Assembly: GCA_031407755.1 (NCBI GenBank)
Contig: JANOIS010000033.1
Coordinates: 1-50,729 of the forward strand
Source: Chloroflexota bacterium
GTDB lineage: Bacteria > Chloroflexota > Limnocylindria > Limnocylindrales > CSP1-4
Direction: 5' to 3'
DNA length: 50,729 bases
The position numbers were made by a program, and so were the translations under genes. Shown here piece after piece: positions 26,807 to 36,052 of this stretch. Numbering within the stretch: the first letter of the stretch is position 1; every line of letters begins with the position of its first letter. The notes under the pieces are model-generated. The model searched no databases. It saw only the letters and a program-made list of their open reading frames with translations, and had not been told where the DNA came from.

Positions 26807-28332
26807 TCAGACGCAGCCGGGCGGCACCTCCGCGGTGGGTCGGTACGTTAGCGCGTGATCGTTGGCCGTGGCCGTGATCACGGGTTCCGGATCCGTCACG
26901 AGCACGATCGACAACTCGATGACCTCGCCGGCCCCGATGATGGCCTTCCACGGCGGTGGCACGTAACCGATCGGGCCGTCCGGGACATCGGTCCGCCACT
27001 CCACGTCGTTGAGACGGCCAAGCCACTCGATACCGCAGTGCACGGACATCCGAAACGGCATCTCGAAGCCCGGCTCCAGAAACGACCCCGGCTCCAGCAC
27101 ATGCGGTTCCGGGGTGGAGGTATCCGGATGCACCTGCGACGGATCGGCGACCGATCCGGGCCGCGACAGGTCCACGTCCACGATGGTCCGCTCCTCGGGG
27201 ACACCGCCCGGCGGGTCTTCGGCGCCCAACTGGATCGCGAACGGCCCGGAAGGTAGCCTTGCCCGGTCCAGGGCCACGACATACGCGTGCGGATTGGCGT
27301 CGGCCGTACAGCCGCCGCCCGGTTGATCGACCAGCACGATGGTCGCGTGGACCAGCGCCGCGTCCGGCCGGACCACCACGTCGTCCAGTCGGATGCCCGG
27401 GCAGCTCGAGCCATAGACGGCCCCGAACCAGATCGCGACCTCCGACTCGAAATCGATCGGGGGCGGCGCCTCGGATACGCCGATCTCCCGCCATAGCCGC
27501 TCGTACGAGGCCTGATCCCACGCGACGCCGGTGCGGTACGGCAGTCCGAGGGCCATTTGGTCGAGCACGAGTCGCCACCCGTCACCGGCCAGCGGCTGGG
27601 TCCCGGTACCGGAACAGCCGCCGGATCGACGCCATCGATGCAGACGCGCTCGCCGGCGAACCTCGATTCGACGGCATTGATCCGCTCGGCCGTCAGGACG
27701 CCGACGCCGACTGTCACTACGCCCTTCGTGATGGAGACCCCTGTGCTCATCGAGAAGAGCGGCGCGATCTCCTCGATCACGCGTCCCTGGAGCGCCTCCA
27801 GGTCGGACTTCACCCAGTCGACCTCGACGGCGACGACACCGACGCCGGGAAAGAGCTGCTCCAGTTCTGCCTGCCGAGCGTCGGCATCCACGCTGAAGGC
27901 GAGCGTGATCCAGCCAAGATGGTCCCGATCGAGCCACAGGTCCTCGAACCCCGGCTGGCCGGCGGCCCATGCTCGGACCTCCTCGGTCGGCTGTTCGTTC
28001 GCGACATAGATCGGCGAGTCGCGGTATCGATCAGCAGGCGCGCTGATGCTCGGGACATCCTCGCAGCGCGGGATCGACCCCGCGGAGACCGGTGATGCGC
28101 TCGGCACCGCGTTCGGCGACGCGCCTGGATCGGTCGAGCCGCCGAGGTTTCCCGATAGGCCAGCCCACAGCCCGACGGCGGATACGGCCAGGGCCACGAC
28201 CAGGATCCCCGCCATCGCGGGCCCACGCAGTGTGGTCGTGACGACCGTGGGCTGCGCCATCGCGGGTCGACTCGCCGAGCGCGCTATCCGATCCCACTCA
28301 GCAAGGATCCGGTCAGCGTTGGAGCGGTCCAT
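26807..28332 (-). pseudogene. ECF-sigma-coupled membrane protein (putative anti-sigma factor) split across two reading frames
   Basis: ORF 28332->26896 is coding-like only up to ...ERVCIDGVDPAAVPVPGP, near nt 27600. ORF 27970->26807 becomes coding-like from ...GTQPLAGDGWRLVLDQMALGLPY onward. The total span of 1526 nt is not a multiple of 3. ATG 28332 overlaps the sigma gene stop (ATGA). There is an N-terminal transmembrane segment, AMAGILVVALAVSAVGLWAGL. Confidence 0.6.
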
Positions 28333-28814
28333 CAGGCAACCTCCAGCTTGTCGCGGGCGCGGCTGACCGCCGCCCGCAAGGCGCCGGCCGATGTCGAGAG
28401 GATCAGTGCGGCGTCCGCGTAGGACAGGCCCTCGATGGCCGTCAACACCAACGCGCTGCGTTCAAGCGGCGACAAGGTGCCCATGGCTCGCTGCACGTCG
28501 AGCCACCTGGCCATTACCGACTCATCGTTCCATTCGGACCGCAGGGCCGTCGGCCCACGTCTCCGCAGTGCTCGGAAGCGGTCCGTCGCCAGCCTCCGCG
28601 CCGTGACCAGCAGCCAGGCTCGAAGGGGTCGGTCCCAGTCGATCCTCGCTCGGTGGTTCCACAGCCGCAGGTAGGACTCCTGGGCAATGTCCTCGGCCGC
28701 CGCCCAGTCGTTCGTCCACGCCAGCGCGAGCCGGAATACGTCGTGCCAGTAGTCCTCGAAGGCACGTTGGTAGGCCGATTCGAGCGATGAGGCGATGGCG
28801 ACGTTCGTGGTCAC
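28332..28814 (-). CDS. ECF-type RNA polymerase sigma-70 family factor
   Basis: 160 aa. The region 2 motif is DIAQESYLRLW. The region 4 helix-turn-helix is LSPLERSALVLTAIEGLSYADAALILSTSAGALRAAVSRAR. Confidence 0.9.
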   Translation of the reverse strand: MTTNVAIASSLESAYQRAFEDYWHDVFRLALAWTNDWAAAEDIAQESYLRLWNHRARIDWDRPLRAWLLVTARRLATDRFRALRRRGPTALRSEWNDESVMARWLDVQRAMGTLSPLERSALVLTAIEGLSYADAALILSTSAGALRAAVSRARDKLEVA

Positions 28815-28882
28815 GCCCTCTTACACGCGCGGCAGGCCAGATTCGCACGAATCGCATCGTGTGCCTTCTGGCCGAGGGGCGC

Positions 28883-28888
28883 TACAAT
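28883..28888 (+). promoter_or_regulatory. -10 hexamer TACAAT, 10 nt upstream of the tRNA 5' end
   Basis: The sequence reads gcgcTACAATcccgagcctt followed by the tRNA. There is no convincing -35. Confidence 0.4.
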
Positions 28889-28898
28889 CCCGAGCCTT

Positions 28899-28973
28899 GG
28901 CAGGGTAGCTCAGTGGCAGAGCAAGCGGCTCATAATCGCTAGGTCACAGGTTCGAATCCTGTCCCTGCTACCA
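28899..28973 (+). tRNA. tRNA with CAT anticodon (elongator Met, or Ile2 if lysidine-modified)
   Basis: Cloverleaf folded by hand. Acceptor stem GGCAGGG/CCCTGCT, D arm GCTC-AGTGGCA-GAGC, anticodon arm AGCGG-CTCATAA-TCGCT, T arm ACAGG-TTCGAAT-CCTGT, and an encoded CCA. It lacks the initiator features (1:72 mismatch, 3 G-C pairs in the anticodon stem). Confidence 0.9.
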
Positions 28974-29133
28974 ACATTCGGATCCCGCGACGACGGCCTG
29001 CGGACACGGCGGGTCGTTTCGATTTCTTCACCGGCTGCTCCGTCGCCATCCGGGTCGGCTGATCGTTCGTAGGGATAGGTGACGGGGGTGACCTCCGTCC
29101 GGGGGTGCGTTCGCGCCCCACCGTTATACTCGT

Positions 29134-31086
29134 GTGCACGTGGCGACGCTCGGTCGTCGTCCGATGTATCCCGGAGGCTCCCACTTGAACCCGAAGTTCT
29201 TCCGGAACGGCATCGTCATGCTCGTCCTCGTAGTCGGGACGGCGGCCCTGCTGTTCACCTGGATCTCGACGACCTCGACGCCGCCGACGACCGGCTATTC
29301 CAAGTTCCTCGCCGAGGTCGCGGCCGGCGACGTGACGGAGGTCACGCAGCAGGGCACGACCCTGACCGTGAAGAAGGGGTCGGACACGACCTATACGGTC
29401 AACGTCCCGACGATCCTGACGAACGTTTATGGCGATATCGTGGCCGCAACTTCGGCTGGCGGGCAGACGGCCGGTCGGGTCGACTTCAACGTGGATCCCG
29501 CTCCGGACACCGCCTGGCTCGGACTGCTGCTGACCGCTGTCCTGCCACTGCTCATCATCGGCGGCTTCATCTTCTTCATGATGCGCCAGGCGCAGGGCAC
29601 CAATAACCAGGCCATGAGCTTCGGCAAGAGTCGGGCGCGCATGTTCCTGGGCAACAAGACCGTCGTCACGTTCAACGACGTGGCCGGCGTCGACGAGGCC
29701 AAGATGGAGCTCCAGGAAGTCGTGGAGTTTCTCAAGTTTCCCGAGAAGTTCAACGCGCTCGGTGCGCGCATCCCGCGTGGCGTACTGCTGGTCGGGCCTC
29801 CCGGCACCGGCAAGACCCTGATGGCCCGCGCCGTCGCCGGTGAGGCCGGCGTCCCGTTCTTCAGCATCTCGGGGTCCGAGTTCGTCGAGATGTTCGTGGG
29901 TGTGGGCGCCAGCCGTGTCCGCGACCTGTTCGACCAGGCAAAGCGGAACAGCCCGTGCATCGTCTTCGTGGACGAGATCGATGCCGTTGGGCGTCAGCGT
30001 GGTGCCGGCCTCGGCGGCAGCCATGACGAGCGCGAGCAGACCCTCAACCAGATCCTGGTCGAGATGGACGGCTTTGACACCAACACCAACGTGATCGTGG
30101 TCGCCGCGACCAACCGGCCGGATGTCCTCGACCCGGCGCTGCTGCGCCCAGGGCGGTTCGATCGCCAGGTCATCCTCGACAGACCGGATATGCGCGGCCG
30201 GACGGAAATCCTCAGGGTCCATATCAAGGGCAAGCCGCTGGACAAGGGATTCGAGGTCGAGGGCGTCGCCCGTCAGTCGCCCGGCTTCTCGGGTGCGGAT
30301 CTGGCCAACCTCGTCAACGAGGCGGCGATCCTGGCCGCTCGGCGCAACAAGAAGGTCATCGGCATGTCCGAGTTCCAGGAAGCCCTTGAACGGATCGTCG
30401 CCGGCCCGGAGCGCAAGTCGCGGGTCATCTCCGACGCGGAGAAGGCCATCATCGCCTACCACGAGGGTGGCCACGCGGTCGTCCAGCGGATCCTGCCCAA
30501 GTGTGACCCGGTGAGCAAGGTCACCATCATCAGCCGCGGGATGGCTCTCGGCTACACGATGGCCCTGCCCCAGGAGGACCGCTACCTTCAGTCGAAGACA
30601 GAATTCGAGGACAAGATCGCCGGTCTGCTCGCCGGCAACGTGGCGGAGCGCCTGATCTTCGCGGATACGACGACGGGGGCGAGCAACGACATCGAGAAAG
30701 CGACCAACCTGGCCCGCCGGATGGTGACCGAGTTCGGGATGAGCGACAAGCTCGGTCCGCTGTCGTTCGGGAAGCGCGACGAGATGGTCTTCCTGGGTCG
30801 CTCCATGGGCGAGCAACGCGACTACAGCGACGAGGTCGCGCGGACGATCGACGAAGAGGTCCGGGTCATCATCGACAAGGCGTACGAACGGGCGACGGAT
30901 GTTCTGACACTCCACCGCGACAAGCTGGTGGCCCTGGCCGAGCGGCTCGTCGCCGACGAAACGGTGGATGCCGAGACTTTCGAGACATTCTTTACGGATC
31001 TGCCGCCCAAGCAGAACACGCACGGGGCCCCGACGATCGTCGGCCCTGGCCAGCCGATCGCCGAGCCGAACCCCCAGCCAGCCTGA
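29134..31086 (+). CDS. ftsH: ATP-dependent zinc metalloprotease FtsH
   Basis: Two N-terminal transmembrane segments, AAA+ Walker [10 protein letters not shown], Walker [12 protein letters not shown], and the protease motif HEGGHAV. The start is ambiguous: GTG 29134 or 29140 lies just after a TATACT hexamer (29125-29130), and ATG 29164 is also possible. Confidence 0.95.
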   Translation: MHVATLGRRPMYPGGSHLNPKFFRNGIVMLVLVVGTAALLFTWISTTSTPPTTGYSKFLAEVAAGDVTEVTQQGTTLTVKKGSDTTYTVNVPTILTNVYGDIVAATSAGGQTAGRVDFNVDPAPDTAWLGLLLTAVLPLLIIGGFIFFMMRQAQGTNNQAMSFGKSRARMFLGNKTVVTFNDVAGVDEAKMELQEVVEFLKFPEKFNALGARIPRGVLLVGPPGTGKTLMARAVAGEAGVPFFSISGSEFVEMFVGVGASRVRDLFDQAKRNSPCIVFVDEIDAVGRQRGAGLGGSHDEREQTLNQILVEMDGFDTNTNVIVVAATNRPDVLDPALLRPGRFDRQVILDRPDMRGRTEILRVHIKGKPLDKGFEVEGVARQSPGFSGADLANLVNEAAILAARRNKKVIGMSEFQEALERIVAGPERKSRVISDAEKAIIAYHEGGHAVVQRILPKCDPVSKVTIISRGMALGYTMALPQEDRYLQSKTEFEDKIAGLLAGNVAERLIFADTTTGASNDIEKATNLARRMVTEFGMSDKLGPLSFGKRDEMVFLGRSMGEQRDYSDEVARTIDEEVRVIIDKAYERATDVLTLHRDKLVALAERLVADETVDAETFETFFTDLPPKQNTHGAPTIVGPGQPIAEPNPQPA

Positions 31087-31094
31087 TCAGGGCG

Positions 31095-32519
31095 ATGCCG
31101 GACCGGACCGCTACCGCCCCCTCGCTGGAACAACACCTCGACGAGACCCTCGATGCTCGCCTCGAGAGCTACCTCGAATTCCTGCGCTTTCCGAGCATCT
31201 CGGCGCTGCCGCAGCACGCACCAGATGTCCGGCGTGCCGCCGCGTGGCTGGCGGAGGCCCTCCGGACGGCCGGCCTGGAGCATGTCGAGGTGTCCGAGAC
31301 CGGCGGCCACCCGGTCGTCTACGCCGACTGGCTGCATGCCGAGGGCGCCCCGACGGTCCTGGTGTATGGCCACTACGACGTCCAACCGGTGGATCCGCTG
31401 GAGCTGTGGACGTCGCCGCCGTTCGAGCCGGTCATCCGCGACGGCCGGATGCTGGGTCGCGGCGCCGCCGATGACAAGGGCCAGATCCACGCCCACGTGA
31501 TGGCCGCCGCAGCGCTGCTGGCGACATGCGGCGCGTTCCCGATCAATGTCCGCTACGTCTTCGAGGGCGAGGAGGAGAGTTCATCCGTCCACCTGGCCGC
31601 GTGGCTCGAGGCCAACCGGGAGCGCCTCGCCGCCGACGTGGCGATCATCAGCGACACCGGATTCTTCGAGGGCAACCTCCCGGCCATCACGGTCAGCCTG
31701 CGCGGGCTGATGTATGCCCAGATCGATGTCGTGCTCTCGCCGGTCGATCTGCACTCCGGCGGCTACGGTGGTGCGGTCCACAATCCGGCCATCGCCCTGG
31801 CCCAGATCATCGCCGCCCTCAAGGGCCCTGACGGCCGCATCCGGATCCCGGGCTTTTACGATGCGGTGGTCGCCCTGACGGACGCGGAGGGGGCGGCTCT
31901 CGCCGCGCTGCCGTTCGACGAGGAGGCGTACCGGGTCGCAACGGGCGTCTCGGCCCTCGTCGGCGAGGTCGGCTACTCGACGCTGGAACGTCGCGCCACG
32001 CGCCCCACACTCGACGTCAACGGGATCTGGGGCGGCTTTCAGGGTGCCGGCTCCAAGACGATCATCCCGGCCCATGCTCACGCCAAGGTGAGTTGCCGGC
32101 TCGTGACCGCGCAGGACCCGCTCGATATCTTCACCAGGTTCCAGGCGTTCGTGACCGAGATCGCGCCGCCCGGGGTGACCGTGACGGTCCACGACCTTGG
32201 TGGCGGCCGCCCAAGCCTGACCCCGCTCGATCATCCGGTCACCCGGGCCGCCGCTCGTGCGCTCGAGGCGACATTCGGGCAGGCGCCGGTGTACACCCGC
32301 GAGGGTGGCTCGATCCCGGTATCGGCCAGCTTCGAATCGATCCTGGGCCTGCCGGTCGTTCTGCTCGGCTTCGCCCAGCCGCACGAAAATGCCCATGCCC
32401 CGGACGAGTGGATGGCGCTGGCCAACTACGAGGGTGCGATCCGAGCCATCGTGGCGACCTTCGACGAGATCGCGGCCATCGACCCGGCCAGTGTGGATAG
32501 CGTCGGTCCGGGTGGGTGA
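31095..32519 (+). CDS. M20-family metallopeptidase (dipeptidase / ArgE-DapE-CPG2 group)
   Basis: Motifs VLVYGHYDVQPV and GRGAADDKGQ, a dimerisation-domain insert and a C-terminal GGSIP. 474 aa. Confidence 0.85.
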   Translation: MPDRTATAPSLEQHLDETLDARLESYLEFLRFPSISALPQHAPDVRRAAAWLAEALRTAGLEHVEVSETGGHPVVYADWLHAEGAPTVLVYGHYDVQPVDPLELWTSPPFEPVIRDGRMLGRGAADDKGQIHAHVMAAAALLATCGAFPINVRYVFEGEEESSSVHLAAWLEANRERLAADVAIISDTGFFEGNLPAITVSLRGLMYAQIDVVLSPVDLHSGGYGGAVHNPAIALAQIIAALKGPDGRIRIPGFYDAVVALTDAEGAALAALPFDEEAYRVATGVSALVGEVGYSTLERRATRPTLDVNGIWGGFQGAGSKTIIPAHAHAKVSCRLVTAQDPLDIFTRFQAFVTEIAPPGVTVTVHDLGGGRPSLTPLDHPVTRAAARALEATFGQAPVYTREGGSIPVSASFESILGLPVVLLGFAQPHENAHAPDEWMALANYEGAIRAIVATFDEIAAIDPASVDSVGPGG

Positions 32520-32597
32520 ATCCGTCCTCAGCGAGTGCTACGCTACGGTGGCCGCCGATCGGCTCCCAATGTATGCCTCCGGGGAGGATCTGACCTC

Positions 32598-33680
32598 GTG
32601 ACCACCGACTCCAACGCTGCTGCCGCCCCCCCGTCCGAGCGCCCATGGCGTCTCGACACTGACAACGGCAGTATGGTTCCTCGCTCGGCGCTCGATGTCC
32701 TCGTGGACCTCAACGAGCGTGTGACGACCGGCCACCTTTCCGAGTACCAACCGGTTCCGCTCGGGTTCACCCCGCTGGACAAGACGATCGGCACGGGTCT
32801 TCGCGCGGGCGAGATGATGCTCATCGGTGGGGCGCAGGGCACGGGCAAGACGACGATGGCCCTCCAGATGGCACGCAACATCGCGTCGGGTGGGCAAGCC
32901 AACGTGCTGTACCTGTGTTTCGAGCACGATGAGGCCTATCTCATGAACCGGCTCATCGCCATGGAGTCAGCGCTCGCCCATCTGCCGCACAAGACCGGCG
33001 CGATCAAGATCCAGGACGTGCGCAAGGAGATCCTGGGCACCTGGACGGCCGAGGGCGCCACCGCCCCGCAGCTGGCCAACAACCCGCGCCTTCGGCCGTC
33101 GCTGGATCGGATCGCGCGCTACGGTCAGAACCTGTACCTGCTCCGGGGTTCCCAGACCGCGAGCACGATCGACAACATCCGCAAGCTCGTCCAGCAGCAC
33201 CGGGAGCTGTCCGGCGATCGGCGGCTTGTCGTCTTCGTCGACTACATGCAGAAGGTGCCACAGATCCCGGAACCGGAGAACGAGGCGGAGAAGGTCACCT
33301 ACATCGTCAACGGGCTCAAGGACATCGCGCTGTCTGAGGACGTGCCGCTCGTGGCCATCGTGGCCGCGGACAAGGAAGGCCTCAAGGCCTCGCGCCTGCG
33401 CAACTTCCACCTGCGCGGATCGTCCGCCATCAACTACGAAGCTGACGTCATCCTGATCATGAACGAGAAGTACCACATCGTGGCCAAGGTCAACATCGAG
33501 TTCAACCCCTACCAGGCGCAACGCTTCCGCGACTGGGTCATCGTGTCCGTCGAAAAGAACCGCGGCGGCCAGGACAACGTGGACCTCGAGTTCGAGAAGC
33601 ACTTCGAGTTCTCCTGCTTCGACCCCAACGGCCGAACGGTGCAGGAGAAACTGATCGAGGAGCGCCTCTACAACGACTAG
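32598..33680 (+). CDS. DnaB C-terminal-domain-like RecA-fold ATPase lacking the DnaB N-terminal domain
   Basis: GTG 32598 lies 9 nt after GGGGAGGA. Motifs are GFTPLDKTIG.GLRAGEMMLIGGAQGTGKTTMALQ (Walker A), VVFVDYMQK (Walker B, compare DYLQL), NGLKDIALSEDVPLVAIV, GSSAINYEADVILIM and VEKNRGGQ. Only about 70 residues precede the ATPase core. Confidence 0.75.
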   Translation: MTTDSNAAAAPPSERPWRLDTDNGSMVPRSALDVLVDLNERVTTGHLSEYQPVPLGFTPLDKTIGTGLRAGEMMLIGGAQGTGKTTMALQMARNIASGGQANVLYLCFEHDEAYLMNRLIAMESALAHLPHKTGAIKIQDVRKEILGTWTAEGATAPQLANNPRLRPSLDRIARYGQNLYLLRGSQTASTIDNIRKLVQQHRELSGDRRLVVFVDYMQKVPQIPEPENEAEKVTYIVNGLKDIALSEDVPLVAIVAADKEGLKASRLRNFHLRGSSAINYEADVILIMNEKYHIVAKVNIEFNPYQAQRFRDWVIVSVEKNRGGQDNVDLEFEKHFEFSCFDPNGRTVQEKLIEERLYND

Positions 33681-33732
33681 GCCGCCGGCTGATACGACGC
33701 CAGCGCGGCGTTGTCACCCGCACTCCTTGAGG

Positions 33733-34758
33733 ATGCGTGTGTTGAAGAGGTTTCTTGCCACCGCGGTCACGCTCGTGCTCGTGCTCGTGGCTGGCTGCCA
33801 GGCGAACGCCACGGATCCCGCGGCCTCGACCGGCGGGGTGACCGAGACGGCCAGCCCGGACCTCCCACCGACACCCGCTCCGACCGTGGTGGCGCTGCCG
33901 ACCATCGCTCCGCAGGACTTCGCGAGGCTCGTTGCCGGGCGGGTCCGCTACGGACTGGCGGTCGATGCGCAGACGATCCAGCGGTTGCGCGCCGATTCGA
34001 CGATCCGCGAGGCTTACGGCGCCCTGGTCAGCGCCGAGGAGCAGGCCCTCCTCGACCAGCGGCTGACCGATCAGCCGGCCGTGCTCGAGGGGGTCGAGGC
34101 CTACGGGGGTCGCAACCCGCTCGAGTACGCGGGGGTCCACCTCGATCTGGACGGGACCGTCGTCGCCCGGTTCACGGCTCGCCTGGCCATCCACGAGGCG
34201 GCCATCCGCGCTGCGGTCAGCCCGCGCGCCAAGCTGACCGTCCGCGGTGCCCGCTGGACGCTCGCCGAGCTCGAGGGCTTCCGGCGCCTGATCGAGACCC
34301 AGGACGCCTGGTTCGAGACGGTCGATGCCGACAGCATCGGGCCCGGCGCGGACATCCTCAACAACAGGCTGTATGTGTACATCCAGACGTCCAACGAAGC
34401 CGCCCCGCAGGCGATCATCGACCACTTCGATGCCCGTGACTGGATGTATGTCAGGATCGGCGGTCCACGCCCCTGGTATGGCCCGCTTGGTTCGGCCGAG
34501 ATCACCGTCACCCATGCGAGCGGTGGACCGGCGGTGGGCTATCTGTGCGCCCCGAGGTCCCTGGACAAGGCGGCCGCGGCCGACAGCAATGCCCAGACCG
34601 ACGTCCACGGCGTGTGCCGCCTCGACTTCCTCCCGACCGTCCGCTACACCATCCGCATCTCGCACTACGGCGGTTCCGGCTGGACTCTGGTCGATGAGGT
34701 CGGGATCACGGTCAAGGCCGACACCACTACCCGGGCCGAAGTGCAGCTCGGGCCGTGA
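33733..34758 (+). CDS. Hypothetical secreted lipoprotein
   Basis: Signal peptide and lipobox MRVLKRFLATAVTLVLVLVAGC. GTG 33739 is an alternative start. A Pro/Thr linker is followed by alpha/beta modules and a C-terminal beta-rich segment. I recognise no family. Confidence 0.65.
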   Translation: MRVLKRFLATAVTLVLVLVAGCQANATDPAASTGGVTETASPDLPPTPAPTVVALPTIAPQDFARLVAGRVRYGLAVDAQTIQRLRADSTIREAYGALVSAEEQALLDQRLTDQPAVLEGVEAYGGRNPLEYAGVHLDLDGTVVARFTARLAIHEAAIRAAVSPRAKLTVRGARWTLAELEGFRRLIETQDAWFETVDADSIGPGADILNNRLYVYIQTSNEAAPQAIIDHFDARDWMYVRIGGPRPWYGPLGSAEITVTHASGGPAVGYLCAPRSLDKAAAADSNAQTDVHGVCRLDFLPTVRYTIRISHYGGSGWTLVDEVGITVKADTTTRAEVQLGP

Positions 34759-34780
34759 CGTCGGTTGCGGAGGGACACGC

Positions 34781-34786
34781 TATCGT
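34781..34786 (+). promoter_or_regulatory. -10-like hexamer TATCGT, 6 nt upstream of the ppa ATG (leaderless candidate)
   Basis: The sequence reads TATCGT-ggcgcc-ATG, with no Shine-Dalgarno. Confidence 0.35.
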
Positions 34787-34792
34787 GGCGCC

Positions 34793-35347
34793 ATGCACAG
34801 CCCCGGCATCTTTCCCGACGTGGTCGAGATCGTGGTCGAGATCCCGCGCGGATCGCGCAACAAGTACGAGTTCGATGAGGAGATCGGCGTTTACCGCCTG
34901 GACCGGGTGCTGTCCAGCGCCGTCTTCTACAACTTCGACTATGGCTTCATCGAGGGCACCCGGGCCGGGGACGGCGACCACACCGACGCGCTCCTGATCA
35001 TCGACGAACCCACCTTCACCGGCTGCCACGTCTGGGCGCGGCCGATCGGCGGGCTCGAGATGCGCGACGAAAAGGGCTTCGACTTCAAGGTCCTGTGCGT
35101 TGCGCTCGGCGACGCCCATCAGCAGCACATCGAGCGGCTGGACCAGGTCCGCCCGCATCGGCTGGTGGAGATCGAGCATTTCTTCAACACCTATAAGGCG
35201 CTCGAGGAAAAGGACGTCGACGTGGTCGGCTGGCGCGAGTGCGACGCGGCGCTCCAGGTCCTGCGCGATGACCGCGAGGCGTGGCGGCGAGAAACCGCCG
35301 GGCGCGACGGGGAAGCGTCGCCGAGAGGACTGGCCGAATCGCGTTGA
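34793..35347 (+). CDS. ppa: Inorganic pyrophosphatase (family I)
   Basis: VVEIPRGSRNKYEFD, DYGFIEGT, DGDHTDAL and the KVLCV region are classic family I PPase motifs. I start it at ATG 34793, not 34325, because the upstream part overlaps the lipoprotein gene in another frame. Confidence 0.93.
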   Translation: MHSPGIFPDVVEIVVEIPRGSRNKYEFDEEIGVYRLDRVLSSAVFYNFDYGFIEGTRAGDGDHTDALLIIDEPTFTGCHVWARPIGGLEMRDEKGFDFKVLCVALGDAHQQHIERLDQVRPHRLVEIEHFFNTYKALEEKDVDVVGWRECDAALQVLRDDREAWRRETAGRDGEASPRGLAESR

Positions 35348-36024
35348 GACCGCCGCCCGGTCGACGTGGCGACCCATTTGCCGGCATCCCGGGCCGGCGC
35401 CTCTTCGTGGCGGTGCCCCTCCCTGACGATGCCGTGGCGACCGTGGCCGAGATCGTCGCCGATGTCCGTGCCCAGGTGCTCCCAACCGGTGGGCGCGACG
35501 TGCGCTGGGTGCGCCTCGACGGCCTGCATCTGACCCTTCGATTCCTGGGACCCACGCCGCCCGAGCGCATCGCGCCGACGGTCCGCGCCGTGGAACAGGC
35601 GGCGGCAGCAGCAGCCGGACCGATGGATCTGGTGCTCGGAGGCAACGGAACCTTTCCCGACCACGGCCTGCCCCGCGCTATCTGGATGGGCATCACCGAG
35701 GGCGCGCACGCGCTCGACTCGCTGGCTGCAAGCGTCGGCGGCACCCTTGAGGCCGTGGGCTGGGCACGGGATGACCGCCCATTTCGGCCGCATCTGACCC
35801 TCGCCCGGAGCGACGGTCTGAGCATGGGTCCCCTCGTGGCTGCGCGGCTGGCGGCGGTCATGGGAGAGCGGCGGATCCAGTGTCGCGTGGATCACCTCGG
35901 GTTGTTCGAGAGTGTGACCGGCGGCGGTCCGGCTCGGTACGTCCCCGTCGTGCTGGCGAACCTTGGCGCGGCGTCGGCCAAAGGGCACCCCGTGTACCAT
36001 CAGACCACCCCGGACCCATCCTGA
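35344..36024 (+). CDS. thpR: RNA 2',3'-cyclic phosphodiesterase (2H family, ThpR/LigT)
   Basis: Two HxTx motifs (HLTLRFLG and HLTLAR) and an N-terminal RLFVAVPLP strand. TTG 35344 overlaps the ppa stop (TTGA) and is the only start upstream of the conserved core that avoids a long overlap. Confidence 0.8.
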   Translation: MRPPPGRRGDPFAGIPGRRLFVAVPLPDDAVATVAEIVADVRAQVLPTGGRDVRWVRLDGLHLTLRFLGPTPPERIAPTVRAVEQAAAAAAGPMDLVLGGNGTFPDHGLPRAIWMGITEGAHALDSLAASVGGTLEAVGWARDDRPFRPHLTLARSDGLSMGPLVAARLAAVMGERRIQCRVDHLGLFESVTGGGPARYVPVVLANLGAASAKGHPVYHQTTPDPS

Positions 36025-36052
36025 CCGGGGTCGCAGGAGTGCCCATATCGCC

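Noticed and set aside
27585-27625. Programmed -1 ribosomal frameshift at the anti-sigma frame junction
   Set aside because: I could see no X XXY YYZ slippery heptamer and no obvious downstream stem-loop. An indel or assembly error is the more economical explanation.
28815-28898. Autoregulated ECF promoter (GGAAC-N16-CGTT type) upstream of the sigma gene
   Set aside because: Only a loose GAATC ... CGTGT pair is present, and its spacing is shorter than canonical. That is not convincing enough to annotate.
28899-28973. tRNA-Met as an integration site for a genomic island
   Set aside because: There is no integrase, no direct repeat of the tRNA 3' end and no compositional shift on either side. 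The flanking genes are an ECF sigma factor and ftsH.
28974-29030. Intrinsic terminator after the tRNA
   Set aside because: An imperfect GC stem is followed by gtttcgatttctt, which is suggestive. But the stem has several mismatches, so I left it unannotated.
28939-31023. 694-aa minus-strand ORF
   Set aside because: It is exactly antisense to ftsH, which has unambiguous AAA+ and HExxH motifs. Its composition is Arg/Asp/Gly-rich and non-protein-like.
33538-34665. 375-aa minus-strand ORF
   Set aside because: It is antisense to the lipoprotein gene, which has a clean signal peptide and lipobox. The ORF itself is low-complexity and Arg/Gly/Asp-rich.
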